In this document: positions 1 to 9,691 of the stretch, piece after piece
Position numbering within the stretch: the first letter of the stretch is position 1
Layout: each line of letters begins with the position of its first letter
Origin: Okeania sp.
Lineage (GTDB): Bacteria > Cyanobacteriota > Cyanobacteriia > Cyanobacteriales > Microcoleaceae
Reading direction: 5' to 3'
NCBI RefSeq assembly: GCF_035285525.1
Contig: NZ_JAYKGW010000034.1
Coordinates: forward strand, 1 to 28,545
Length of the DNA: 28,545 bases
Translations under genes and position numbers: made by a program
The notes under the pieces: model-generated
Told to the model about the DNA's origin: nothing
Databases searched by the model: none
Seen by the model: the letters and a program-made list of their open reading frames with translations, nothing else

Positions 1-410
1 GGTATCCAGACACGGCGGGTCGGGCTGGCTTTGAGGTATCGCGTATTTAATAAATCAACCAAGTTTAATCGCTGCATAGGAGGTAGGTTTTTTATACCGT
101 CTATTCCCGCAGTTTTCTTACCCTGGTTATCTTGAGTCACGCGCCTAACAGCTAGCAACCTAGCGCAATAACTTTTGGTCAGAAGTCTTTGGTATTTACG
201 CATCTTGCGGATTTCGCCACGGCTGGATGCTCTGTAAATTAACTTTTGCAACTTAAATACATTCTTCTCAACCCGTCTCCAGTTGATATCCTTCCATTTA
301 AGATTTGGATTGATACATACCGGGTCTGGTATATCGTCTGTATCCCATGCCACGCTTAAAAAGGGCTTTGGGTTTCCCAATCTTCTTTTTAGTGTTTTAG
401 CTTTATTCAT
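1..410 (-). CDS. Group II intron-encoded reverse transcriptase/maturase, N-terminal 136 aa (partial; continues past the window edge)
   Basis: This is my own reverse-complement translation from the ATG at 410-408: MNKAKTLKRRLGNPKPFLSVAWDTDDIPDPVCINPNLKWKDINWRRVEKNVFKLQKLIYRASSRGEIRKMRKYQRLLTKSYCARLLAVRRVTQDNQGKKTAGIDGIKNLPPMQRLNLVDLLNTRYLKASPTRRVWI. The INW..VEK.V.KLQ..IY.A / LLAVRRVTQDNQGKKTAGIDG / RRVWIP blocks are the RT0-RT2 signature of bacterial group II intron proteins. It is absent from the ORF track because it has no stop codon in the window. Confidence 0.92.
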   Translation of the reverse strand, partial: MNKAKTLKRRLGNPKPFLSVAWDTDDIPDPVCINPNLKWKDINWRRVEKNVFKLQKLIYRASSRGEIRKMRKYQRLLTKSYCARLLAVRRVTQDNQGKKTAGIDGIKNLPPMQRLNLVDLLNTRYLKASPTRRVWI

Positions 411-1013
411 CGCTATTTATTACCTTACATTACGTCTAACAGTGGGTACGTCAGCAAAATCATGCTTTTTACCCAATCCTACTCTCCCTAAGACCTACGA
501 TAAAATGCGTAGATTTACCTTGAATGGCTTCCTAAGATTTCGACCTATATACTTAGGTGTCTTAGAGAGGTTTCCTCGTTCCCTTATCCCTTTATTACGG
601 CCAATTTAGTGGGGTAAAATCTCCCGGAGGGTTCAGTATGGTTGTTGATAATTTTCCTGTTATAAAATTATCCATTGACCCCCTGACTTTCGTCCTACAT
701 CCCATAGCTACCTTGGGGATGGATTGACGTAACGAGAGTTTGATTACCTTCCTGTTTGTCCACTTGTCAGCCTTTGCTTGCGGTATCGTTCCTCGGTAAC
801 TGGTATTTTTCCGCTTTTAGACCAGCTTTAGGGATTGATGTTCAGTCGCTACCCTATGGCCTATGCTTTCTACCCAACAACAGGGCGGTGGAATTTCACC
901 ACGAAGGAAATAAGAGTTTTCCAATGGCCAAATATTTAACCTCCTTTAAGATTAGCCACGGAAGGCCAGATATACCTGCTGAAAAGCAGTTTTGACTAGC
1001 CAACGAGTCGCAC
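1..1013 (-). mobile_element. Group II intron, 5' portion (domains I-III plus the start of the domain IV ORF). It runs off the left edge of the window.
   Basis: The minus strand reads ...GAACCTTTT|GTGCGACTCGTTGG, with the GUGCG 5' splice-site consensus starting at 1013. About 600 nt follow without an ORF (1013 down to 411), which is the expected size of domains I-III. The intron-encoded protein ORF then starts at 410. Domains V/VI and the 3' exon are outside the window. Confidence 0.88.
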
Positions 1014-1694
1014 AAAAGGTTCATCATAAGTTCCCACCCATTCCTTACTATTCCCTATCCAATTTACTATTTTCTCAGCTACCTTATCTGCAGGTGGAGC
1101 AGAATTAACTCGCTGTTCCCGAATCTTATAAGCTTTATCATTCAAACGATTCACAGGCGCCCAAGCAAATTTACCAGCTATTACCCCAGGGCGATACAAT
1201 CGGAGGTAAATCATATTTTTACTAGAATGATATACAATTGGTCCGACTCCAGACCAGAAATAATGTAAGGCTATTTTTCCAGAATGATAAACAGGTCCGA
1301 AACAGGAAGGACTTCCATCAGCAATGGAACCAATGGCAATGACATCTAAACGTCTACTTCTAACTAACTTTGCTGCTTCAGTCGCCACAACGGCAGGCCA
1401 AGTATAGTTAACTCTGTTCATTGATTCTACCAACTCAATGACAGGAATCCCACCTTCTCCCACTTCGGTTTCAATTTGACCAGCGTTTAATATTACCACA
1501 TCTGGGTCATAGTCAAATAGTTTTTTGGCATCTTCTATAGTTTCTTGGGGAGAAACATACAACTCATCAAAAAAATCTCCTTCTAGATTAGGTTGACGAG
1601 TCACACCGACAACTCGCCACCCCCGTGACTTATATGCTTTACCCATCGCACTACCTAAAGTGCCAGAAATTCCAGTAATTACAACAGTTTTCAT
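996..1694 (-). CDS. SDR-family NAD(P)-dependent oxidoreductase, exon 1. The native coding sequence ends at 1014; the last 5 codons and the stop are intron sequence.
   Basis: N-terminal Rossmann motif VITGISGTLGS, NAG motif (VILNAGQ), and YxxxK motifs (YHSGK, then a second YHSSK). The ORF tail VRLVG* (1013-996) is read from the GTGCGAC... start of the intron. Confidence 0.8.
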   Translation of the reverse strand: MKTVVITGISGTLGSAMGKAYKSRGWRVVGVTRQPNLEGDFFDELYVSPQETIEDAKKLFDYDPDVVILNAGQIETEVGEGGIPVIELVESMNRVNYTWPAVVATEAAKLVRSRRLDVIAIGSIADGSPSCFGPVYHSGKIALHYFWSGVGPIVYHSSKNMIYLRLYRPGVIAGKFAWAPVNRLNDKAYKIREQRVNSAPPADKVAEKIVNWIGNSKEWVGTYDEPFVRLVG

Positions 1695-2302
1695 ATAATT
1701 TTATCCATGAACGAATAGCCCTGTAGCAATTAGCTATTATATAGTGTCTGGTTGAATAAAGAAAAAGCTTTTAAGATTATTTATATACAGGTTTTAAATA
1801 TTACTGATTTTTGTTTCTATAAATTCTGTTTAAGTATCTCAATAAGCTTTTGGAAATTATTACTTTGATAGTGTTTTAAAAGTTTAATAGCTGTTTTTTA
1901 TGGTTCGTCTATTTTCACATTAATAATTTTAGTTTTATATCAAATCCGATAGTATTGGTAGAATTCAAGACCGTAGGGGTTTGGTCTCCAATTTATCGGG
2001 AACCGTACGCTCTACAAACTAACTAGGATTTGTAGCTTTTTTCTGATTATAAACCTTATTCCCCAAAGCAAGTGGATTTGATATTACAGCAGATTTCAAT
2101 CAAATAATATACAAAGTGAATAACGAAAATTTTCTAGTGGGGTTATCTTGCCCGCGATGGGCGTAGTTAATAATAGTCAAAAGAACTGTATATCACACAA
2201 ACAATACATTCTATAGAAATTACCAATTGGTTGCTTGAAAATGAACCTGATTATTTACAAGAACTTGCTGAATTTTTAAAAGGAATAATCGAAAATTCCT
2301 CA

Positions 2303-2588
2303 AATCAATAAAAAATTAATTCCGGGTCGGAAATAGAGTAAATTAGCGATCGCTTCCCTCTGCTCAACAATACTTAGGCAAAGGTACTAGGTATAGATTC
2401 AAAAAAACTATTGTACAAGAGTTTTAAACTTTATAGATAGAGTCTCTGTCAATCAATAAAAAATTAATTCCGGGTCGGAAATAGAGTAAATTAGCGATCG
2501 CTTCCCTCTGCTCAACAATACTTAGGCAAAGGTACTAGGTATAGATTCAAAAAAACTATTCTACAAGAGTTTTAAACTTTATAGATAG
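2303..2588. repeat. Tandem duplication: two 138-bp copies (2303-2440 and 2451-2588, period 148 bp) with 1 mismatch
   Basis: Direct comparison of the two copies (aatcaataaaaaattaattccgggtcggaaatagagtaaattagcgatcgc...ttatagatag). The only difference is ttgtacaag versus ttctacaag. Each copy carries a HIP1 site and the AAAACTAT-N6-AGAGTTTT palindrome. Confidence 0.95.
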
Positions 2589-2610
2589 CCTCCTAACTAT
2601 CTTCTACTTC

Positions 2611-2641
2611 TATCTCCCCCTTTTTTTGAAAGGGGGAGATA
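2611..2641. repeat. Perfect 13-bp-stem hairpin (tatctcccccttt / aaagggggagata, 5-nt loop), 145 bp upstream of rimO
   Basis: The inverted repeat was read directly. No U-run follows it on either strand, so I do not call it a terminator. Confidence 0.7.
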
Positions 2642-2785
2642 ATCTCCCTTTGCACACCAGATTTACTATCACTTTATTATCCGAAACTACCGTTATATCT
2701 AGATTGATAACTTACTTTCCCCCCTGTAAAAATCAGAAAATATGCTATACTAAAAAATTGTTGCTAAAAAAAATCCATAAATAAA

Positions 2786-4099
2786 ATGTCTACAAAACCC
2801 ACCATCGCATTTAGTCACCTGGGATGCGAAAAAAATCGCATTGATACCGAACACATCATCGGTTTACTCGCACAAGCAGGTTATCAAGTAGATGCTAACG
2901 AAGAATTAGCAGATTATGTTGTCGTCAACACCTGTAGTTTCATCCAAGCTGCTAGAGAAGAGTCTGTCAGAACTTTGGTAGAATTAGCTGAAGCTAATAA
3001 AAAAATAGTCATTGCTGGTTGCATGGCACAACACTTTCAACAAGAACTACTCGCCGAGTTACCAGAAGCTGTAGCACTCGTCGGTACAGGTGATTATCAT
3101 AAAATAGTAGACGTGATGCAACGAGTCGAAAAAGGCGAGCGCGTCCAAGAAGTTACCCCGGAACCTACTTACATCGCTGACGAAACTACCCCCCGTTACC
3201 GCACAACATCTGAAGGCGTTGCTTATGTGCGAATCGCCGAAGGATGCGACTATCGTTGCGCTTTCTGTATCATTCCTCATCTTAGGGGAAATCAGCGATC
3301 GCGCACCATAGAATCTATTGTCGCCGAAGCTCAACAACTAGCACACCAAGGCGTTAAAGAAATTATTCTTATTTCCCAAATAACCACCAACTATGGAGTC
3401 GATATTTATGGTAAACCACAATTAGCCGAACTGCTGCGGGCGTTAGGGAAAGTTGATATACCCTGGATTAGAATGCACTACGCTTACCCCACTGGTTTAA
3501 CACCCAAAGTCATAACCGCCATCCAAGAAACTCCCAATGTTTTACCATACCTCGATTTACCCCTACAACATTCTCATCCCGAAATTCTCAGAGCAATGAA
3601 TAGACCTTGGCAAGGTCAAGTTAACGATGATATCATTCAAAAAATTAAAGCAGCTATGCCTAACGCCGTGTTGCGGACAACATTTATTGTTGGCTTCCCT
3701 GGTGAAACCGAAGAACATAATGCACATTTAGTAGAATTTGTCAAGCGTCACGAATTTGATCATGTCGGCGTCTTTACATTTTCTCCAGAAGAAGGAACCC
3801 CTGCTTATAATTTGCCCAATCAGTTGCCCCAAGAATTCATGGATGCTCGCCGGGAAGAAATTATGGAAGTCCAACAGTCCATATCTGAGAAACAAAATCA
3901 AAAATTAGTGGGACAAGTAGTCGATGTACTAATTGAACAAGAAAATCCTCAAACCGGAGAATTAATTGGTAGATCGGCCAGATTTTCTCCAGAAGTAGAT
4001 GGACTGGTTTATGCTCAAGGAGAGGCCAGATTAGGGTCAATTGTTCCAGTAAAAATTACAGATGCAGATATTTACGATTTGTATGGCCAGGTACAGTAA
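2786..4099 (+). CDS. rimO: Ribosomal protein S12 methylthiotransferase RimO (radical SAM MTTase)
   Basis: N-terminal UPF0004 domain with three Cys (HLGCEKN, VNTCSF, IAGCMAQ). Radical-SAM CxxxCxxC motif ([10 protein letters not shown]). C-terminal TRAM-like domain. It lies upstream of a DEAD-box helicase, as in the Synechocystis rimO-crhR operon. Confidence 0.92.
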   Translation: MSTKPTIAFSHLGCEKNRIDTEHIIGLLAQAGYQVDANEELADYVVVNTCSFIQAAREESVRTLVELAEANKKIVIAGCMAQHFQQELLAELPEAVALVGTGDYHKIVDVMQRVEKGERVQEVTPEPTYIADETTPRYRTTSEGVAYVRIAEGCDYRCAFCIIPHLRGNQRSRTIESIVAEAQQLAHQGVKEIILISQITTNYGVDIYGKPQLAELLRALGKVDIPWIRMHYAYPTGLTPKVITAIQETPNVLPYLDLPLQHSHPEILRAMNRPWQGQVNDDIIQKIKAAMPNAVLRTTFIVGFPGETEEHNAHLVEFVKRHEFDHVGVFTFSPEEGTPAYNLPNQLPQEFMDARREEIMEVQQSISEKQNQKLVGQVVDVLIEQENPQTGELIGRSARFSPEVDGLVYAQGEARLGSIVPVKITDADIYDLYGQVQ

Positions 4100-4187
4100 T
4101 TAATAATTGATAATTGATAATTAATAATTAGAGCTTGCAGATTAAATTTGAAAACTTTGACAGATAAAGGTTTTAGCTTTTTAGAGT

Positions 4188-4491
<304 letters not shown>

Positions 4492-5295
4492 AATGACTGA
4501 TAACTGATAACTGAAATTATCCTGACCATTAAAAAATTTGGCCGTAGTAGATAGTCTAAACTGTCCTCTTTTCCCTACTCCCTACTCCCTAAAAAAATAA
4601 GTTAAGAAAAATATGTAAAAAATACCCAATGTGTTAAGTGATTTGTTATTATGTAAATCATTATTAAGAATAAAAAGGGCCACTGATAGTAAGAAACTGT
4701 AGATTATCTAAACTGCCTGTTGAGACTAATGCTCAAGTGTAAAGATGCAGTTAAACAAAATAAAGAGAAGTAATTTTTCTTTAAATTATTTAATTCAATG
4801 GGCAACTTCAAGATGCGCAACAGCTTATTACTTTAAAACAGAGGTCCAACCTGCCTTAATGTACCCAACTAGGGAGAAAAGGAACAGGGCATTTGGCCTT
4901 TATCAAAATCTCAGCATCAGACCTACGTTTTCCAGTATGGGAAATTTAGGCATAAATGCTGAGTCAAGTTGACTACTTCTAAAATATAGATCAAAAAGTG
5001 GCAAAGGCATACTGCCCTACCAATCAGCTAGCTATAACTACGGCAAATAAGCAAGAAATTTGAGTATTGCTGAATTAAAGGATGAATAAAGTGAGATGGG
5101 CATCCTGCGCGTCCGAAAATATAAGGAACGGGCAAGATGTCCCCATACACAAAATTGTTAAAATCATCCCATATTTATGTAATGCCGAAATTTGTATCTA
5201 GTGAGGGCTTATGAGCAGCTATGGTTGACCATAAATCCGCCTCCAAGTTGGGTGACAAAGGAACCGGATGTCAACTGTTTACATTAGGAGAATTA

Positions 5296-6771
5296 ATGGA
5301 TTTATCGTTTGCAAATTTAGGAATTTCAGAAGAACGTGCAAATCATTTAGAAACAATCGGTTTTACTGAACCTACTCCGATTCAAACTGAAGCAATACCA
5401 CATTTGCTGGCAGGAACAGATATTGTAGGTCAAGCTCAGACAGGTACAGGTAAAACAGCAGCATTTTCGTTACCCATATTGGAGCGGATAGATTTAAGTA
5501 TAAACGCAGTTCAAGCGTTAATTTTAACCCCAACTCGTGAGTTAGCACTACAAGTCACAGAAGCGATTCGTCAATTTACTGGTATAGATAGTAAAGTTCC
5601 AAGTAAACGGCGATTATTTGTTCTCACTGTTTATGGTGGTCAGTCTATCGAGCGTCAGGTGCAACGTTTGCAAAAGGGTGTTCATATTGTAGTAGGAACC
5701 CCAGGACGAGTTATAGATATGTTGAATCGGAATAGTTTGAAACTAGATCATTTGAAAATGATGGTTTTAGATGAAGCTGATGAAATGTTGAGTATGGGAT
5801 TTATTCAGGATGTAGAAAGAATTTTGGACGCTGCACCTCTTGAACGTCAAACAGCTTTCTTTTCTGCTACTATGGATTATTCAATCCGAAAATTGGTGAA
5901 TAAGTATTTGCGATCGCCAGTTACAGTTAAAGTAGCTCAACAAAAAACTACTCCGAAACGGATTACTCAAACTGCGTACATGGTACCTCGTGGTGTTTCT
6001 AAAGGAAAAGCTCTACAGCCAATTCTCGAATTAGAAGACCCAGAAGCAGCTTTGATATTTGTCCGCACCAGACAAGCAGCAGCAGAATTGACCAATCAAT
6101 TACAGTCAGCAGGTCACAGTGTTGATGAGTATCACGGTAATTTAAACCAATCTCAACGGGAACGGTTGTTAAGTCGCTTCCGAAATCAACAAGTACGTTG
6201 GGTGGTAGCAACTGATATTGCAGCTCGTGGTTTAGATGTGGATCATTTAACTCATGTGATCAATTATGATTTGCCTGATAGTGTGGATAGTTACGTTCAC
6301 CGTATTGGTCGTACAGGTCGTGCAGGTCGGGAAGGAACGGCAATTTCTTTAATTCATCCTGTAGACAAGCGGAAGTTACGGTTAATAGAACGTCACTTAC
6401 GTCAGCGTTTAGATACTCGTTCAATACCCAAGCGCTCTCAAATTGAAGCTCGACAGTTAGAGAAATTGCAGAGTAAAGTGCGAACTGCTTTGAGTGGAGA
6501 ACGGATGGCTTCTTTCTTACCGTTAATTTCTCAGTTAGGTGAAGAATACGATCCCCATGCGATCGCTGCTGCTGCTTTACAGATAGCTTATGATGAAACT
6601 CGTCCTGCTTGGATGGGGCCTGATTATGCTCAGGATGAGGATCAATTTATGTATGATACTCCTAAACCAAAGTTGAAAAAGCAGGCACCAAGGAAGTCTC
6701 GTAAGCCAAATTTTTCTGATAAAAATCAGAAAACAAAGGATGAGATTTTTGTAGAAGAGGCATCTGTTTAA
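5296..6771 (+). CDS. DEAD-box ATP-dependent RNA helicase (CrhR/CsdA-like)
   Basis: Q motif GFTEPTPIQ, motif I AQTGTGKT, Ia PTRELA, TPGR, II DEAD, III SAT, VI HRIGRTGRAG. I prefer the ATG at 5296 (MDLSFANLG...) over the ORF-track start at 5221, because AGGAG sits 6 nt upstream (ttAGGAGaattaATG) and the conserved core begins right after it. Confidence 0.94.
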   Translation: MDLSFANLGISEERANHLETIGFTEPTPIQTEAIPHLLAGTDIVGQAQTGTGKTAAFSLPILERIDLSINAVQALILTPTRELALQVTEAIRQFTGIDSKVPSKRRLFVLTVYGGQSIERQVQRLQKGVHIVVGTPGRVIDMLNRNSLKLDHLKMMVLDEADEMLSMGFIQDVERILDAAPLERQTAFFSATMDYSIRKLVNKYLRSPVTVKVAQQKTTPKRITQTAYMVPRGVSKGKALQPILELEDPEAALIFVRTRQAAAELTNQLQSAGHSVDEYHGNLNQSQRERLLSRFRNQQVRWVVATDIAARGLDVDHLTHVINYDLPDSVDSYVHRIGRTGRAGREGTAISLIHPVDKRKLRLIERHLRQRLDTRSIPKRSQIEARQLEKLQSKVRTALSGERMASFLPLISQLGEEYDPHAIAAAALQIAYDETRPAWMGPDYAQDEDQFMYDTPKPKLKKQAPRKSRKPNFSDKNQKTKDEIFVEEASV

Positions 6772-6872
6772 CTTCCCATACAGAAGTACCGCGCTCTCCC
6801 TTAGGGGAGCGTCCTATGGGAAAGCAGGGCTAGGGTTTACGGTTTTCCTATAGTTCTGTTCTGTTTGTTAAT

Positions 6873-7118
6873 GTAGGGGTTTGGTCTCCAAACCCTCTAC
6901 AAACTAAAATTTTTATCAATAAATAATATTGATGGTAGGCGTAAGTAAGCCCTTGTTGTTCCCGTTAGGGTTGCGCAGCATGGAAAGTAGCTTGCTTCTC
7001 CGTAGGAGTAACCCAACATTAGTAAGGCTGATAATCAGTAGAATTTAAGAATGCAGGAGGTTGGTCTCCAAACCCTCTACAAACTAGAATTTTTATCAAT
7101 AAATAATATTGATGGTAG
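6873..7118. repeat. Two 66-bp direct repeats (6873-6938 and 7053-7118) flanking 114 bp of unique sequence
   Basis: gtaggggtttggtctccaaaccctctacaaactaaaatttttatcaataaataatattgatggtag versus gcaggaggttggtctccaaaccctctacaaactagaatttttatcaataaataatattgatggtag. Each copy contains two hairpins (ggtttggtctccaaacc core; atcaata-aataa-tattgat). A related copy lies at 1974-2022. Confidence 0.9.
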
Positions 7119-7169
7119 AACTTTACAGCAGTTCTCAGATGAATAAACCACACTCAAAAAATGATAACT

Positions 7170-7208
7170 CTGTAGGGATGTTCCATGGAACATCTCTACA
7201 AGGTTTTT
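7170..7208. terminator. Palindromic hairpin with flanking T/A runs between the convergent helicase and ABC1 kinase genes; possible bidirectional terminator
   Basis: ctgtagggatgttcc|ggaacatctctacaa (13/15 complementary, centred on ccatgg) is followed by TTTTT on the plus strand and preceded by AAAAAA. It lies ~50 nt beyond the ABC1 kinase stop. It also resembles a dispersed Nostocales palindrome. Confidence 0.4.
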
Positions 7209-7251
7209 ATTGGTTAAGGCGATCTCATTCATTAAGAGTGAAAATCGGTCC

Positions 7252-9009
7252 CTACATCATCTTATCCAATCTATCAATACGCTTCAAAAGTCGTATAAAA
7301 GCAAACCCCATCACCACAACCAATAAAACCAACACCAAAGCCAAACCAACCTGATTATTAACATATAGAATAGTCGCCGACAAAGTGAAACCACTAATCA
7401 ACAAAGCATAATTAGTACCCATTTGCACATTACTAACTCGCCGAACTAACCTATCTGTTTCCACCGCCCTTACCCGAACCTTAATATCTCCCTGCTCTAG
7501 CTTATCGATCGCATCCTCAATACGACGAGGCAAACCCAAAGCAGTAGAACTAACCTGAGCTGCTTGACGACCAAGTTCATTAAAAATAGTATTTTGAGAA
7601 TTTCCATCAGACATAATCTCCATGGCAAACGGTTGTGCCACCTCCATAAAATTAAACTCTGGGTCTAAACCCTTACCAACTCCCTCTAAAGTAGAGAAAG
7701 CTCGCATGACAAAAGTAAAAGTTGCCGGAAAACGGAAAGGTTGGTCATAAGCAACCTCATACAAATCATCACTAATAGCCGTAATTGACTGAGCTTCAAA
7801 CGGCTTATCCATAAAATTATCCAACATATACTGAATAGAACGCCTCACCGGTCCCATATCTCCAGTAGGTTGTAATGCTCCTAAATCTATCAAAGATATA
7901 ATCACTCTCTCTGCATCTTTGGAAGCAATACCATAGAGAGTTTGCATTAGTTTTTGCTTCATGTTAGCCTTGATTTCTCCCATCATCCCAAAATCATAGA
8001 AAATTAATCCCCCTTCTGGACTAACCGCAATATTACCGGGATGAGGATCAGCATGGAAAAAACCATAATTCAAAAGTTGCTGTAAATAAGCTTGCGCACC
8101 CATTTTTGCCAAAGCTTTTCTATTTTGACCTGATGCTTCCAAAGCCTCATAATTACTAATTTTGATACCAGGAACATATTCTAATGTCAGTACCCGTGGC
8201 GCCGAATATCGCCAAAAAACTCTAGGAACCCTTACCCAGTCACAGTTACGAAAATTGCGACGAAAAGTATCAGCATTACGACCTTCATTGAGATAATCTA
8301 TTTCTAGCCATAAAATTCGGCAACACTCTTCGTAAATACCCAACCAGTCTCTACCGGGACCCCATTGGGGATGACTTTGGAAATAATGAGCTATCCCTTT
8401 AAGAATAGCCAAATCAATTTGGAATAGTTTTTTTAACCCTGGTCTTTGCACTTTGACCACCACATCTTCACCAGAGTGGAGTTGCGCTCTATGAACTTGA
8501 CCTAAACTAGCAGCAGCTAAAGGAACTGGATCGAAACTTTTGTATAATTTTTCTATTTTTTTGCCTAGATCTTCTTCAATAATTGTCTCAACTTGTTCAT
8601 AGTTAAAAGCAGGGACTCGATCTTGAAGTTTGGAAAGCTCTTCCACATATTCGGAGGGAAATAGATCTGCACGGGTAGAGAATAGCTGTCCCAATTTGAT
8701 AAAAGTAGGACCTAATTCTAGCATAGTATCTCGAACCCAGACAGCTTGTTTTCGCCGTCTCAGATTTTTCTTTTCTTCTGTTACTCCTCCTCGGTAGCTC
8801 CAATCTTTTTTATCTACCCAAAGCCAAGTTAGCCAAAGGAGAACGAAACTCCAAATATCAATATAACGACGCTGGCGAGAGTAATTTTCTCTATTCCAGC
8901 GATAAGCTTTCTGACTATGAGGTTGACTGGGAGCTAGAGTCATTGAGCCTCCAGTTGTATAGTTAGCTTCTTTTTTGTGGTTAGTAATGTCATCGAGGAG
9001 AACGGACAC
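7252..9009 (-). CDS. ABC1/UbiB (AarF) family atypical protein kinase with C-terminal transmembrane anchor
   Basis: ABC1-domain motifs AAASLGQVHRA, VVVKVQRPG, FFHADPHPGNI and YDFGMMG. Hydrophobic C-terminus NYALLISGFTLSATILYV...LALVLVLLVVVMGFAFI. The start could be the second Met (MTLAPSQ). Confidence 0.9.
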   Translation of the reverse strand: MSVLLDDITNHKKEANYTTGGSMTLAPSQPHSQKAYRWNRENYSRQRRYIDIWSFVLLWLTWLWVDKKDWSYRGGVTEEKKNLRRRKQAVWVRDTMLELGPTFIKLGQLFSTRADLFPSEYVEELSKLQDRVPAFNYEQVETIIEEDLGKKIEKLYKSFDPVPLAAASLGQVHRAQLHSGEDVVVKVQRPGLKKLFQIDLAILKGIAHYFQSHPQWGPGRDWLGIYEECCRILWLEIDYLNEGRNADTFRRNFRNCDWVRVPRVFWRYSAPRVLTLEYVPGIKISNYEALEASGQNRKALAKMGAQAYLQQLLNYGFFHADPHPGNIAVSPEGGLIFYDFGMMGEIKANMKQKLMQTLYGIASKDAERVIISLIDLGALQPTGDMGPVRRSIQYMLDNFMDKPFEAQSITAISDDLYEVAYDQPFRFPATFTFVMRAFSTLEGVGKGLDPEFNFMEVAQPFAMEIMSDGNSQNTIFNELGRQAAQVSSTALGLPRRIEDAIDKLEQGDIKVRVRAVETDRLVRRVSNVQMGTNYALLISGFTLSATILYVNNQVGLALVLVLLVVVMGFAFIRLLKRIDRLDKMM

Positions 9010-9266
9010 AGTAGTATTTTATAATTGGTAATTTTATTTAAAGATTTGGCTCATGGCAATAGAAAACAATGAGCGCAGATTTATAGTTTGTAAAATTCAA
9101 TTTTGAAAGTCCCCATTTTATCTATTGATTCAGTACGAGGATGAAAAGTTTGTCATAATGTACCGAATCAATATCCTTAAGGGAATTCAGTTATATTAGT
9201 TACTTATTAGCAGGTTGAAGAATCCCGTATTGTCCTTCTATCTAAGGTTAACATTAGGGATAAATA

Positions 9267-9593
9267 TCAAGAAGAAGAACTACGATATTTTTGCAGTTCG
9301 GCTCTAACTTGAGCTACTTCAGCCCTTAAATCGTCAATTATAGCTTGTAGGTCTTTTGGTTGAGAATCTAATTCCTCAGAATTACTATTATCATTACTAT
9401 TATTTTCTATTTGCGCTTCTCTATCCGCTCTTTCTAAAACTTGCTCAATAAATGTACGCAAGTTTTCTCTTTGCTCTGCATCAAATTTACCTAGTCCACT
9501 TAGGGTATTAGTAATACCATTTTCTAGTTGTTCATAGATTCCTTCTGCAATTGCTCTACCAACAAAGAAGGCATGAATTGGTGATTTATTCAT
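9267..9593 (-). CDS. Small (108 aa) hypothetical protein with acidic/N-rich linker and C-terminal amphipathic helix
   Basis: Clean ORF, co-directional with the flanking kinase genes. The N-terminal block [17 protein letters not shown]...[19 protein letters not shown] looks like a conserved helical domain. I cannot name a family. Confidence 0.6.
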   Translation of the reverse strand: MNKSPIHAFFVGRAIAEGIYEQLENGITNTLSGLGKFDAEQRENLRTFIEQVLERADREAQIENNSNDNSNSEELDSQPKDLQAIIDDLRAEVAQVRAELQKYRSSSS

Positions 9594-9691
9594 AATAAAA
9601 TAGTTTATTCTGATAATTTAACTAATCCATTTAACGGTTAGTAACTTTCAATTGTAAAGTATTGTATCACATTATCTCTATTTAGGGTTTG

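Noticed and set aside
283-995. Plus-strand ORFs 283-609 (108 aa) and 756-995 (79 aa) from the ORF track
   Set aside because: They lie antisense to the group II intron (its IEP start and domains I-III). Their translations are low-complexity with no recognisable motifs, and one needs a TTG start. The minus-strand interpretation explains the whole region.
2216-2312. Short in-frame stretch reading ...EITNWLLENEPDYLQELAEFLKGIIENSSNQ* that ends where the tandem repeat begins
   Set aside because: It looks like a possible relic of a gene's C-terminus, but it is only about 30 codons with no upstream ORF and no start. It cannot be supported as a gene or pseudogene from sequence alone.
2303-2588. Possible CRISPR or att-type repeat
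   Set aside because: There are only two copies of a long (138-bp) unit separated by 10 bp. There is no repeat-spacer periodicity, and no cas or integrase gene is nearby.
3059-3337. Embedded or overlapping ORFs at 3059-3337(-), 5999-6211(-), 7109-7354(+), 8603-8803(-), 11506-11733(+), 12377-12775(-), 15175-15357(+), 19085-19315(-), 20832-21026(+) and 25053-25424(-)
   Set aside because: Each lies inside, or overlaps on the opposite strand or in another frame, a much longer ORF with clear family motifs. None shows a motif of its own. They are typical shadow ORFs in AT-rich DNA.
4745-4972. 75-aa plus-strand ORF in the rimO-helicase spacer
   Set aside because: It has no motif and no RBS. Its composition looks like translated AT-rich spacer, and it is surrounded by repeat elements. 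I treat it as non-coding unless expression or conservation is shown.
5221-5295. 25-codon N-terminal extension of the DEAD-box helicase (MVDHKSASKLGDKGTGCQLFTLGEL)
   Set aside because: There is no ribosome-binding site at 5221, whereas AGGAG precedes the ATG at 5296. The conserved helicase core (Q motif) starts right after the second Met. The longer form cannot be excluded without N-terminal data.
6774-6826. Long imperfect hairpin right after the helicase stop (cttcccata...ctccc-ttag-gggag...tatgggaaag) as an intrinsic terminator
   Set aside because: No U-run follows it, and it resembles the dispersed palindromic repeats seen elsewhere in the window. It may still stabilise the 3' end, but I cannot call it a terminator.
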